A stretch of 19,850 nt of DNA from Candidatus Woesearchaeota archaeon (GTDB lineage Archaea; Nanobdellota; Nanobdellia; Woesearchaeales; GW2011-AR4). Below, piece after piece: positions 1 to 7,450 of this stretch. The notes beneath the pieces are model-generated. The model saw nothing but the letters and a program-made list of their open reading frames with translations, ran no database searches and was not told the origin of the DNA. Within the stretch, counting starts at the first letter, position 1, and each line of letters begins with the position of its first letter. Both the position numbers and the translations under genes were made by a program. The DNA is taken from positions 1 through 19,850 of the forward strand of contig JACOZN010000017.1 of assembly GCA_016181305.1 (NCBI GenBank), given 5' to 3'.

Positions 1-1
1 A

Positions 2-832
2 GGTAATGGAAATGATTGGCTTAGTGTTGTCAGATCAGGTTTTACTATAAGCAGTGTGAGTTTTCCAAACGGCAACGTCGGCATCGGGACGACGAGCCCG
101 GCGGCTAATCTTGAAGTATCTAATGGCTCAAGCGCATCTAAACTTATAATATCGACTACAAACACTGGTGCTGATACAGCAACAATCAGATTAAAAAATA
201 GCGCTGGGGCTTATAATGATATTGTTGAAATAAGCCATGGTTCAGGGCGCACTGATTTCAGGGATGGCAATGGGCTTAATGTTATGACTATAGATATGTC
301 AGATGCACAACTAGGCATCAATGACACAAGCCCAGACGCGACTTTAGAAGTGGGAGGAGGAACCTTTATGGTTTCGAGCACTTCAAGTGGTGATGGAGAC
401 CGGTTGATTGTCAATAGCGCAGGCAACGTAGGGATAGGGACGACAGGGCCTCTAAGCAAGCTTTCCATAGGCGGCGCCGGCACTGCAAGCGCTGATTTGT
501 ATATAGCCAACTCTAACATCGCCACAATCTATCTCGATGGAACTACAAATCCGTCAGGCTCTCAACTTATTATTCAAGGCAGAGACGCTACAGTCAGAAC
601 CACTACTTTATCACAGGACTCCAGCGGATTGTTTACTATTAACAACAGCGGCACAGCAGGAACAGAGTTTTCAATAACGACAGGAGGAAATGTCGGCATC
701 GGGAAGACGAGCCCAAACGCAAAATTAGATGTTGCTGGTACGGTTAATGCTAGTAGTTTTAGCACTGGTGGTTTTAGCGGTAGTAATGGTCGGATTGTTG
801 CATTCTGGAACCCCGCAAATGTTACAGCTTAA
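2..832 (+). CDS. GNVGIG-repeat surface/tail-fibre-like protein, 5'-truncated by the window; N-terminal part of a frameshifted gene
   Basis: Frame 2 is open from base 2 (GNGNDWLSVVRSGFTISSVSFPNGNVGIGTTSP), upstream of the track's GTG at 56. GNVGIG motifs start at 71, 422 and 686, followed by typical spacers (AKLDVAGTVNASSF). Confidence 0.8.
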   Translation, partial: GNGNDWLSVVRSGFTISSVSFPNGNVGIGTTSPAANLEVSNGSSASKLIISTTNTGADTATIRLKNSAGAYNDIVEISHGSGRTDFRDGNGLNVMTIDMSDAQLGINDTSPDATLEVGGGTFMVSSTSSGDGDRLIVNSAGNVGIGTTGPLSKLSIGGAGTASADLYIANSNIATIYLDGTTNPSGSQLIIQGRDATVRTTTLSQDSSGLFTINNSGTAGTEFSITTGGNVGIGKTSPNAKLDVAGTVNASSFSTGGFSGSNGRIVAFWNPANVTA

Positions 833-1862
833 TCCTCTAGGCGGCAACGTCGGCATCGGGACGACGAATCCTGCGGCAAAGCTGGAAGTTGTGGGAAGTA
901 ACCCTACTTTACGAATTAATGCTACGGCAGATACAAGCGGGACATTATCCATATATGATGGTGCAAAACCTGCCGTTAACATAGGGGATGCTGGCAGTAA
1001 TTCCGCTGTTGGCTATACTGATTTATATGATGATACTGGAACTATTAAAATCCATTTACAGGCCAACGATGTTGCTTATTTCAACAGCGGCAACGTCGGC
1101 ATCGGCACAACAACTCCAGCATCCACTTTAACCATAACAGGCAACTTCTCTGCCACAGGCACAAAGTCAGCAGTTGTCAACACAACTTACGGCATAAGAA
1201 AGCTTTATGCAATGGAATCTCCTGACATAAGGTTTTATGATGAGGGCAGGGCTAGATTAAATAATGGAATTGCTAATATAAGCCTTGATCCAATATTCAT
1301 TGAGACAGTTGAGCCTGACTATAATGTGCATCTGACTCCTGAAGGCAAAACGCTTGGAATTTATGTTGCTGAAAAAGCCAAGGAATACTTCATTGTGAAA
1401 AGCTATGTGCCGAACAGCAATGTTGCATTTACGTGGCAGATAAGCGCGATAAGGAAAGGCTACAGGGATGTAAGGCTTGACTTGGAGAGAAAGGAAGACA
1501 TTGAAATTGTTGCTGTAATTGATGAAGACAATAAAGTAACTGATGTTCAAATCAGTGAAAATGTTGTTTTTGAAAATAATTCTAATGTAAATGCACCTAA
1601 CCTGATAACAGGGAATGCCGTAGATAAAAATGACGAATTAAGTCAAAATAAAATAACAATCAATTCTGACGATGAAGATGATGTAATTGAAGAGATGGCG
1701 CAAAAGACAAAGATTGGCAAGGACAAAATCAAGAGAGCAATAACTTTCAAGCGCAAGGAGCCAAGCACAGAACTTCTGGGAGAGCCTGAAATTGCATTCC
1801 TGCAGCCGCAGCTGACCAGAATCACAGAGGTAAACGGCAGCATAATCATGAGACTGGGCTAA
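819..1862 (+). CDS. C-terminal part of the GNVGIG-repeat protein, with a tail-fibre-type C-terminal domain (GTKSAVV..YG.RKLYAMESP...W.ISAIRKGY)
   Basis: Frame 3 reads LQLNPLGGNVGIGTTNP at ~822-870 and has another GNVGIG at 1089. ATG at 819. It overlaps the end of the upstream ORF, so it is probably the same gene across a +1 shift near 790-815. The domain assignment is by recall of similar phage/CPR fibre C-termini. Confidence 0.7.
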   Translation: MLQLNPLGGNVGIGTTNPAAKLEVVGSNPTLRINATADTSGTLSIYDGAKPAVNIGDAGSNSAVGYTDLYDDTGTIKIHLQANDVAYFNSGNVGIGTTTPASTLTITGNFSATGTKSAVVNTTYGIRKLYAMESPDIRFYDEGRARLNNGIANISLDPIFIETVEPDYNVHLTPEGKTLGIYVAEKAKEYFIVKSYVPNSNVAFTWQISAIRKGYRDVRLDLERKEDIEIVAVIDEDNKVTDVQISENVVFENNSNVNAPNLITGNAVDKNDELSQNKITINSDDEDDVIEEMAQKTKIGKDKIKRAITFKRKEPSTELLGEPEIAFLQPQLTRITEVNGSIIMRLG

Positions 1863-1863
1863 A

Positions 1864-2517
1864 ATGGACGAAGAAATAACAGCAAAAATAAAAAAGAAAC
1901 TGGCTGAGTTAGAGGCAAAAGTAAACAGCCTCAACATCCAGAAGCTTGTCTTAGGCAATATAGCTGATGAGCTAAATAAAAACACTAACGTAAAATTAAG
2001 CAATATACTGCAGGGCGTTGACTTAAAGGAAGAAATTTCCAACATAAGCGACTGGATTGAGTTCCATTCAAAAGAGATTGAAAGGTGCAAAGCAAAGCTG
2101 AGAAAGCTGGAGCAAGCCAAGGAAGAGTCTATAAAAGACTCTTTCAAACTCGTATTCAGGGAGGCAGGAGAAAAGCCATTTGCATTAATGGAAAAATTAA
2201 ATATAAATAAGATAACTGCCAAATTCAATCAAAAACAATTATTTAAGTATGCAGTTCCGGTTGCTGTCTTGCTGATTGTCGCTGCAAGCCTGTTTTTATT
2301 AAAGCCTTCATTGACAGGCTTCGTGACTTTGGCTGAAGAAACTTATAAGGACAACTTAAACCTCAAGATAAACGAAAGTAGCTCTTATGAGTGGCAGCCA
2401 AAGAATATTGGAAATATCAAGTCAATCAAGGCGACTGGGAGCATCGGAGGCAATGGAAGTGTTAAGATTTATATAGAAAAAGACGGCAAAAGGTATTTGA
2501 TATATGGGAATAAGTGA
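1864..2517 (+). CDS. Membrane-anchored protein: coiled-coil N-terminus, one TM helix, SLTGFV motif and a small extracellular beta domain
   Basis: Starts 1 nt after the upstream stop. Heptad-rich N-terminus, hydrophobic YAVPVAVLLIVAASLFLL. The C-terminal domain is paralogous to the N-terminal domain of 2561..3484. Confidence 0.8.
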   Translation: MDEEITAKIKKKLAELEAKVNSLNIQKLVLGNIADELNKNTNVKLSNILQGVDLKEEISNISDWIEFHSKEIERCKAKLRKLEQAKEESIKDSFKLVFREAGEKPFALMEKLNINKITAKFNQKQLFKYAVPVAVLLIVAASLFLLKPSLTGFVTLAEETYKDNLNLKINESSSYEWQPKNIGNIKSIKATGSIGGNGSVKIYIEKDGKRYLIYGNK

Positions 2518-2560
2518 AAAATACAAAGTTTTATTAAATTTAAATTTAAGGAGATAAATT

Positions 2561-3484
2561 ATGCCAAGCAAAAAGAGGGAATTTGACAAGAGGCTGATTT
2601 TCCTTATAATAGCTATTATTATATTAAGCGTCCTTATATTCAAAAAGCCAGCCATTACGGGGCAGGCCGTACTAAGCCAAGAGGCTATCCACAGCGACAG
2701 CCTGAACTTAAAAATAAACGAAAGCGGTGAATATGAGTGGCAGGTTAAGAGCCCAGGCAATATAAAGTCATTAAAAGCAACTGGCTCTGTAACCTCAAAC
2801 GGCACTGCAAGGGTTTACATAGAGAATAACGGAACAAGGCAATTAATTTTCGACAGCTCGAAGCAGCTTTTTGATGTTGACATTCATGTATTGCCGGAAT
2901 ACAAGAAGGTAATGCAGGGCGACAAGATACTGATACAGAATGTCTTGTTCAACCTAAGGGGATTCGGTGCAGGCAATGTTAATGTAAGGTATTCTGTAAA
3001 AGACTCGGATGGAAATGTTGTTGCAGTTCAGGAAGAATCTGTTTACATAGAAACGCAGGCAAAGTTCATAAGGGAGTTAATCATCCCTCCTGAAATAAAG
3101 TCAGGCACTTACACTGCTTTTGTTGAGGCGTTCACAAACAGCACATCCCTTGGGACAGGCTCCGACACATTTGAGGTCAGGGGCGAAAAACAGCCTTTCT
3201 ACCAGCAACTGAAGTTTTATATAGCTGCGATGGCTGCTGTTGTTGCCTTGGCTATTGCCTTGATATTTGGAGTGCATGAATACCAGCTGTTGAAGAAAAG
3301 AAAAGAAATTGAGGAAATAAAGGCAAAGGAGCCTGAAGAGAAGATAAGGAAGATGGAAGGCGAGTTAAAAGCTTTGGAAGAGGCTTACAAGTCAGGCTTT
3401 ATTTCAGAGGAAACTTACCAGAAAGAAAAGAAGAGGATTGAGGAAAGGCTTGAGGCTTTAAAGAAAGGCGATGAAAAAACTTAG
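2561..3484 (+). CDS. Two-TM surface protein: N-terminal TM, AITGQAV motif, beta/Ig-like domains, second TM and a SHOCT-like C-terminal helical tail
   Basis: GGAG RBS upstream. Hydrophobic LIFLIIAIIILSVLIF and FYIAAMAAVVALAIALIFGV. Tail LKALEEAYKSGFISEETYQKEKKRIEERL. Confidence 0.85.
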   Translation: MPSKKREFDKRLIFLIIAIIILSVLIFKKPAITGQAVLSQEAIHSDSLNLKINESGEYEWQVKSPGNIKSLKATGSVTSNGTARVYIENNGTRQLIFDSSKQLFDVDIHVLPEYKKVMQGDKILIQNVLFNLRGFGAGNVNVRYSVKDSDGNVVAVQEESVYIETQAKFIRELIIPPEIKSGTYTAFVEAFTNSTSLGTGSDTFEVRGEKQPFYQQLKFYIAAMAAVVALAIALIFGVHEYQLLKKRKEIEEIKAKEPEEKIRKMEGELKALEEAYKSGFISEETYQKEKKRIEERLEALKKGDEKT

Positions 3485-3495
3485 TCACTTATTAT

Positions 3496-3620
3496 AGCGG
3501 ACTTTAATATCCGTAATAATTGTTAAAGTCCGCTTATATAGGCAAGGATAGTTATTATACGAAAATTAATGTCCTTGCCTATAGATTAAAAAGCTAAGTA
3601 GACTTCCTTTAGGAAGTCTA
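3496..3620. repeat. Cluster of three tandem inverted repeats
   Basis: agcggactttaa(3496-3507)/ttaaagtccgct(3523-3534); tataggcaagga(3537-3548)/tccttgcctata(3572-3583); tagacttcct-tt-aggaagtcta(3599-3620). Confidence 0.85.
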
Positions 3621-3689
3621 TAAAATATTTAATCAATTTATTTGCGATTAAAAATAATGTTTAAATAATAATGAGTTTGGAAAGCTAAA

Positions 3690-4046
3690 ATGGCAGAGAC
3701 GATAGCCGCGATAGAGTTTGGATTTGACGTGATTATACTAATTCTTTCATTAGTGGTGTTCTTGGCATTTTTATTCAACATAAACAAGTTTGTCGAAGGC
3801 GAGTCAAAGAAAATCTTTGCATTGCTGCTTGCATTCCTGCTGGTGCATTTCCTGAGCCTTGCTGCTGTTGAGCTGTTGGAGATGGCGCATGCGACAGGAT
3901 TGTATAAAGAGCCGCTGACAGAGGAGCTTGAGGATACAGCAGAGCTGGCGGCGCATATTCTCCAGTTAATCGGCTTGGGCATTTTGTTTTACATGGCGGT
4001 ATTATTCGCCAATTTTGCAAAAAAGCTTGAGAAAGCAAAGTCATAA
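3690..4046 (+). CDS. Small 3-TM membrane protein
   Basis: Three hydrophobic segments, two containing His. TATA-like tttaaata at ~3660-3667. Confidence 0.8.
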   Translation: MAETIAAIEFGFDVIILILSLVVFLAFLFNINKFVEGESKKIFALLLAFLLVHFLSLAAVELLEMAHATGLYKEPLTEELEDTAELAAHILQLIGLGILFYMAVLFANFAKKLEKAKS

Positions 4047-4066
4047 ACTATAAAAAAGAGGCTGAA

Positions 4067-4366
4067 ATGATAGATTTGGGATTGTTTGAACTGGAAGAGC
4101 TCTTGACATTGGCTATAAGCATTGTTGCTTTTGCATTTGTTTACAGGGCTTACAGGCAGGCAAGCGACACGCCTCCTTTAAAAAATTTCTGGGCTTATTT
4201 TTTATTGATTTCCGCCTTTATACTGCTTAACAGGATATCAACCAATATAGAAGGCATTGCGCTGAAAACATTTTTTAATCTTGTCCAGCACTTGAGCAAT
4301 GTCGCTGTTGCAGTTGTTTTTGTGCTGGTTGTAAGAAAATCAGCTAAAGGTGCTAAAAATGGCTGA
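4067..4366 (+). CDS. Small 3-TM membrane protein, type A copy 1
   Basis: GAGG RBS. Paralog of 4879..5181 (AFAFVYxAYR, FWxYFLxI, FNLxQHLS). Confidence 0.85.
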   Translation: MIDLGLFELEELLTLAISIVAFAFVYRAYRQASDTPPLKNFWAYFLLISAFILLNRISTNIEGIALKTFFNLVQHLSNVAVAVVFVLVVRKSAKGAKNG

Positions 4367-4697
4367 AATTTTTTCAAATGAAATTGTGATTATGGGCATT
4401 GATATAGCTGCAACTATACTTACCCTTATTGCCATTTTCTACGCTTACAAAATGTTCCAAAGAACCAAAAAATCTACCGATATATGGCTTCTTATAGGAT
4501 TTGCTGTCTTTATCTTATTTTTGATTTCATTGTCCAGTGCTGCTGAGCGCTACCCTTACCTTGCCGCATTATTTGCAGGAATCCAGCCATACAAATACGA
4601 GACGCTTGACATATTGGGAGAATACCTCAATATTCTGTTTTCCATAACTTGGATTTACATTGCCTACAGGTTCATTCTCTTCGGGAAATTGGAATAA
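4359..4697 (+). CDS. Small 3-TM membrane protein, type B copy 1
   Basis: The ATG at 4359 is preferred to the GTG at 4350 because aaggtg acts as its RBS. 8-nt overlap with the upstream stop. Paralog of 5174..5497 (TDIWLL..FAVF..FLISLS, ETLD..GE.LN, WIYIA). Confidence 0.85.
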   Translation: MAEIFSNEIVIMGIDIAATILTLIAIFYAYKMFQRTKKSTDIWLLIGFAVFILFLISLSSAAERYPYLAALFAGIQPYKYETLDILGEYLNILFSITWIYIAYRFILFGKLE

Positions 4698-4704
4698 GGC
4701 TTAT

Positions 4705-4840
4705 AGAGAATTTCGAAATATATTAACCTTGTCAAAATTCTCTTAGAGAACTTTGAATGTCCTAAAAAATTGCAATGCAATTTTTGGGAATGTCGAAAAT
4801 GCTTTGCATTTTCGAACACCTCGCAATTCCAAGGAATTGC
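4705..4840. repeat. Cluster of four tandem inverted repeats
   Basis: agagaattt(4705-4713)/aaattctct(4735-4743); aaaaattgca-a-tgcaattttt(4765-4785); tcgaaaatgc-ttt-gcattttcga(4793-4815); gcaattcc-aa-ggaattgc(4823-4840). Confidence 0.85.
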
Positions 4841-4878
4841 TTATTTAAACTTGTTTCAAGAATAACCACTATATTAAA

Positions 4879-5181
4879 ATGGATATACCTATCGGGCCGT
4901 TCAGCTTAAGCGAGCTTGTGAACCTAGTTTTCAGCCTGATTGCCTTTGCATTTGTTTATAAGGCGTACAGGAAAGGCGCAAATGACGCTGCTGCAAGAAA
5001 ATTCTGGACATACTTTTTGATTATTGCAGCGATTATACTGCTAACGAAAATATTTGACACTCTTGACGATTTGGCATTTGAGCCTTACTTTAACCTGCTC
5101 CAGCATTTAAGCAGCATTGCTGTTGCAGCTGTATTTTTGCTTGCCGGAAAAAACATACTGGAAGGTGGGTTAAGTGGCTGA
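4879..5181 (+). CDS. Small 3-TM membrane protein, type A copy 2
   Basis: Clear paralog of 4067..4366. TATA-like tatttaaac at ~4842-4850. Confidence 0.85.
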   Translation: MDIPIGPFSLSELVNLVFSLIAFAFVYKAYRKGANDAAARKFWTYFLIIAAIILLTKIFDTLDDLAFEPYFNLLQHLSSIAVAAVFLLAGKNILEGGLSG

Positions 5182-5497
5182 CATTGCATCCATTGCATCA
5201 AACAATCTGCTGATCAGCGGCATAAGGGCTGTTGCTGCCGTCATATTTCTTGTAGCGCTTTTTTACATGGTAAAGATATACCAGAAAACAAAAAATACTA
5301 CAGATATATGGCTTTTGGTGAGCTTTGCTGTTTTCACAGCCTTTTTGATATCATTGTCAAATTCCCTGGAATGGTATTTTAACATGAATGAAACTCTTGA
5401 TGCAATTGGTGAGCAGCTGAATGTAATTTTTTCTCTGGTGTGGATTTACATAGCGTTTAGGTTTATATCGCTGAGAAAAGCTGAGGAAAAGGCTTGA
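5174..5497 (+). CDS. Small 3-TM membrane protein, type B copy 2
   Basis: GTG start with aggtgg RBS. Same 8-nt xTGGCTGA overlap as the first pair. Paralog of 4359..4697. Confidence 0.85.
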   Translation: MADIASIASNNLLISGIRAVAAVIFLVALFYMVKIYQKTKNTTDIWLLVSFAVFTAFLISLSNSLEWYFNMNETLDAIGEQLNVIFSLVWIYIAFRFISLRKAEEKA

Positions 5498-5522
5498 GTC
5501 AGAAATTGATTTTTATTCGTTG

Positions 5523-5581
5523 CCCTCATCCAAACTGCTGTCTTTTGGCTCTGGCTTTGCAACATCTCCAAAGAATTCCTT
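5523..5581. repeat. 59-bp exact direct repeat, copy 1 (orphan copy of the 3' end of gene 6428..6988)
   Basis: Identical to 6438-6496 by direct comparison. On the minus strand it encodes KEFFGDVAKPEPKDSSLDEG, then NE-stop at 5513-5515. Confidence 0.95.
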
Positions 5582-5639
5582 GGTTTTGTTACTGGGATTT
5601 TGGCAAACTATAAATATCCAAATCCATGCTTAAACAATA

Positions 5640-6053
5640 ATGACATTAAAATACTACATAGACACAGCTATCTGGAGAGACCTGCACGAAAACAGGAAGG
5701 ATAAATCCAAAAATCTTGGAGAACTGGCATTTGAATCACTTAAGAAAATACGAGCCAATAAAGGGAAAATCGTTTATTCGGATTTTGTTGTTGAGGAACT
5801 GTCGCGCGCTTACGACAAGCAAACTATTAACAAACTCCTTAAAGGCGCATCAGAGGCTCTAGAGAAAGTTGAAATCAATGGCATGCAATTAAAAGAAGCG
5901 GCTGATTTGTCCAAAAAACTAAACATTCCCTTTGGCGATGCTGTTCATGGGGTGCTAGCCAAAGACAATAGCGCAGTTATGGTAACAAGGGATAGGCATT
6001 TTAGAAAGTTAAAAGATAAAATCACTATCAAAAAGCCAGAAGACTTAATTTAG
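5640..6053 (+). CDS. vapC: PIN-domain ribonuclease (VapC-like toxin)
   Basis: YYIDTAIW (N-terminal Asp), VVEEL, FGDAVHG and VTRDRHF give the PIN acidic tetrad pattern. TATA box tataaata at 5609-5616. Confidence 0.9.
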   Translation: MTLKYYIDTAIWRDLHENRKDKSKNLGELAFESLKKIRANKGKIVYSDFVVEELSRAYDKQTINKLLKGASEALEKVEINGMQLKEAADLSKKLNIPFGDAVHGVLAKDNSAVMVTRDRHFRKLKDKITIKKPEDLI

Positions 6054-6311
6054 CTTAATCCCAAACTTCTTGGCGTATTCGCTGGCAACCTTATTCCTAA
6101 TCTTGTGCAGTTCCTTGTCGCTTATTTTCTTCTTTGCAGCGCCTTTAAAAGCAACTAGATGCTGCAGAACAATGTCCTTTTCTATTGTATTAAGCTTTTC
6201 CCTTACAGATTCCCTGATAAACTCTGTTCTGTTGCTGAAATGCAAAGGCTTTAAGACTGAATCTATCTTCTTTAAAACATCTTCCTGAAGCTTGAAAGTT
6301 ATAGTTTCCAT
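6045..6311 (-). CDS. vapB: CopG/NikR-like ribbon-helix-helix protein, probable VapB antitoxin
   Basis: METITFKLQEDVLKKID...SNRTEFIRESVREKL has the RHH pattern. Start placed at ATG 6311 because the TATA box and operator lie in 6313-6348. Convergent with the PIN gene, 9-nt overlap. Confidence 0.75.
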   Translation of the reverse strand: METITFKLQEDVLKKIDSVLKPLHFSNRTEFIRESVREKLNTIEKDIVLQHLVAFKGAAKKKISDKELHKIRNKVASEYAKKFGIKLN

Positions 6312-6312
6312 T

Positions 6313-6348
6313 ATATTACATGTGTAATACAATGTAATATTTAAATAT
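6313..6348 (-). promoter_or_regulatory. Promoter and palindromic operator of the RHH gene
   Basis: tattaca-tg-tgtaata (6314-6329) plus a third tgtaata half-site (6333-6339). Minus-strand tttaaata TATA box immediately upstream. Confidence 0.6.
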
Positions 6349-6427
6349 ATCGGTTTTTAGCCCCCGATTCCTCGAAACAAGAATTCAAGTAAATCCCAGA
6401 AAAAAATTGAATACATCAATTATTAAC

Positions 6428-6988
6428 CTAATCTTTACCCTCATCCAAACTGCTGTCTTTTGGCTCTGGCTTTGCAACATCTCCAAAGAATTCCTTATTC
6501 TTGTCTGCATTCAAATGGACGTCCCTGATTTTGACAATGGAGTCTACAACTTTATCATAAGAAGTAGTCCCTATTATTACTCCGCTGTGGACAATAAGAT
6601 TGCCGGACTGGTCTTCCTGCTTTGTCTGTATGCGCACGAATTTTCCAAAGATGTTCTCAATTAAATCAAAATCATAATGATAAAACTTGCCTTGTATATG
6701 GCAATCCTCCAGCTCGTCCAGAACCTTATTGAAATTATAGACAGCAGTGTCACCTCGCTCCATTTTCAGGCAAAATGCGCTGTCAGCCAGCTTCTCCAGA
6801 TGGTGCCATATTGTTGAATGCCCAAGCTTTATTGCCTTGTCTATCTGGCTGATTGTAACTCCTTGGGGGTTTAGCTCAACAATCTGCTTCAGCAAATTGG
6901 TTACGTATTCGCCTTTCTGGTAGGTTGACAGTGCAGCATACTGCTCTTTTCCGAGTATGTTTTCAGGCAGGTTCAGCTTTAATACCAT
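6428..6988 (-). CDS. Winged-helix DNA-binding protein with a C-terminal PUR-repeat-like domain (paralog 1)
   Basis: wHTH GVTISQIDKAIKLGHSTIWHHLEKL...ERGDTAVY. The C-terminal YDFDLIENIFGKFVRIQT matches the PUR signature. GAGAGG RBS and ttataaat TATA upstream. Confidence 0.8.
   Translation of the reverse strand: MVLKLNLPENILGKEQYAALSTYQKGEYVTNLLKQIVELNPQGVTISQIDKAIKLGHSTIWHHLEKLADSAFCLKMERGDTAVYNFNKVLDELEDCHIQGKFYHYDFDLIENIFGKFVRIQTKQEDQSGNLIVHSGVIIGTTSYDKVVDSIVKIRDVHLNADKNKEFFGDVAKPEPKDSSLDEGKD
6438..6496. repeat. 59-bp exact direct repeat, copy 2 (inside the 3' end of gene 6428..6988)
   Basis: Identical to 5523-5581; offset 915 bp. Confidence 0.95.
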
Positions 6989-7450
6989 AAGGCGCCTCTC
7001 TGGACATTTATAACGTTAATCATTTTTATAAGTTGTGTGTATAGTCTTTGACACAACCAATCATATGCATTCACTGGCTATGACACTTATAGCCTGAATG
7101 GCTGCTGTGAACTGATTGTGATGATTCAGCTTTTCCATGGATAATCAGTAAATCAGCCATGCATATGATTTACTGCTATGAGCGTGCAAGACAGCCATCC
7201 GAATGGCAGCAACAGGCAACTCTTTCCTCTTTTCGTTAAAGAGCTTGAATATAAAGTTTATGGTTGTTATGGGCATTTTGCCGCTTCCCATCCTGAATTC
7301 AAATTGCCTCTGCCTTGCTCTTAAAGGTTAATGGCAAAATTTACGCAAGTATGCAACACATACATAGCATCTGAATAATCAGCACACTGCTCATTTGACT
7401 GCTTATGTGAGATGCTTGTCGGAATAAGCATCCAAATGCATTTGAATGAA

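Noticed and set aside
729-818. Hydrophobic signal-peptide-like N-terminus of ORF 729..1862
   Set aside because: It overlaps a stretch where frame 2 is the family-typical reading (AKLDVAGTVNASSF), so it is most likely an alternate-frame by-product.
3690-5497. 3-TM proteins as SemiSWEET/PQ-loop transporters or split rhodopsins
   Set aside because: No PQ motif after TM1 and no retinal-binding Lys motif in a terminal helix.
5592-6399. 9-bp inverted repeat ctgggattt/aaatcccag flanking the PIN/RHH module as IS terminal repeats
   Set aside because: Too short, with no transposase and no target-site duplication; compatible with chance.
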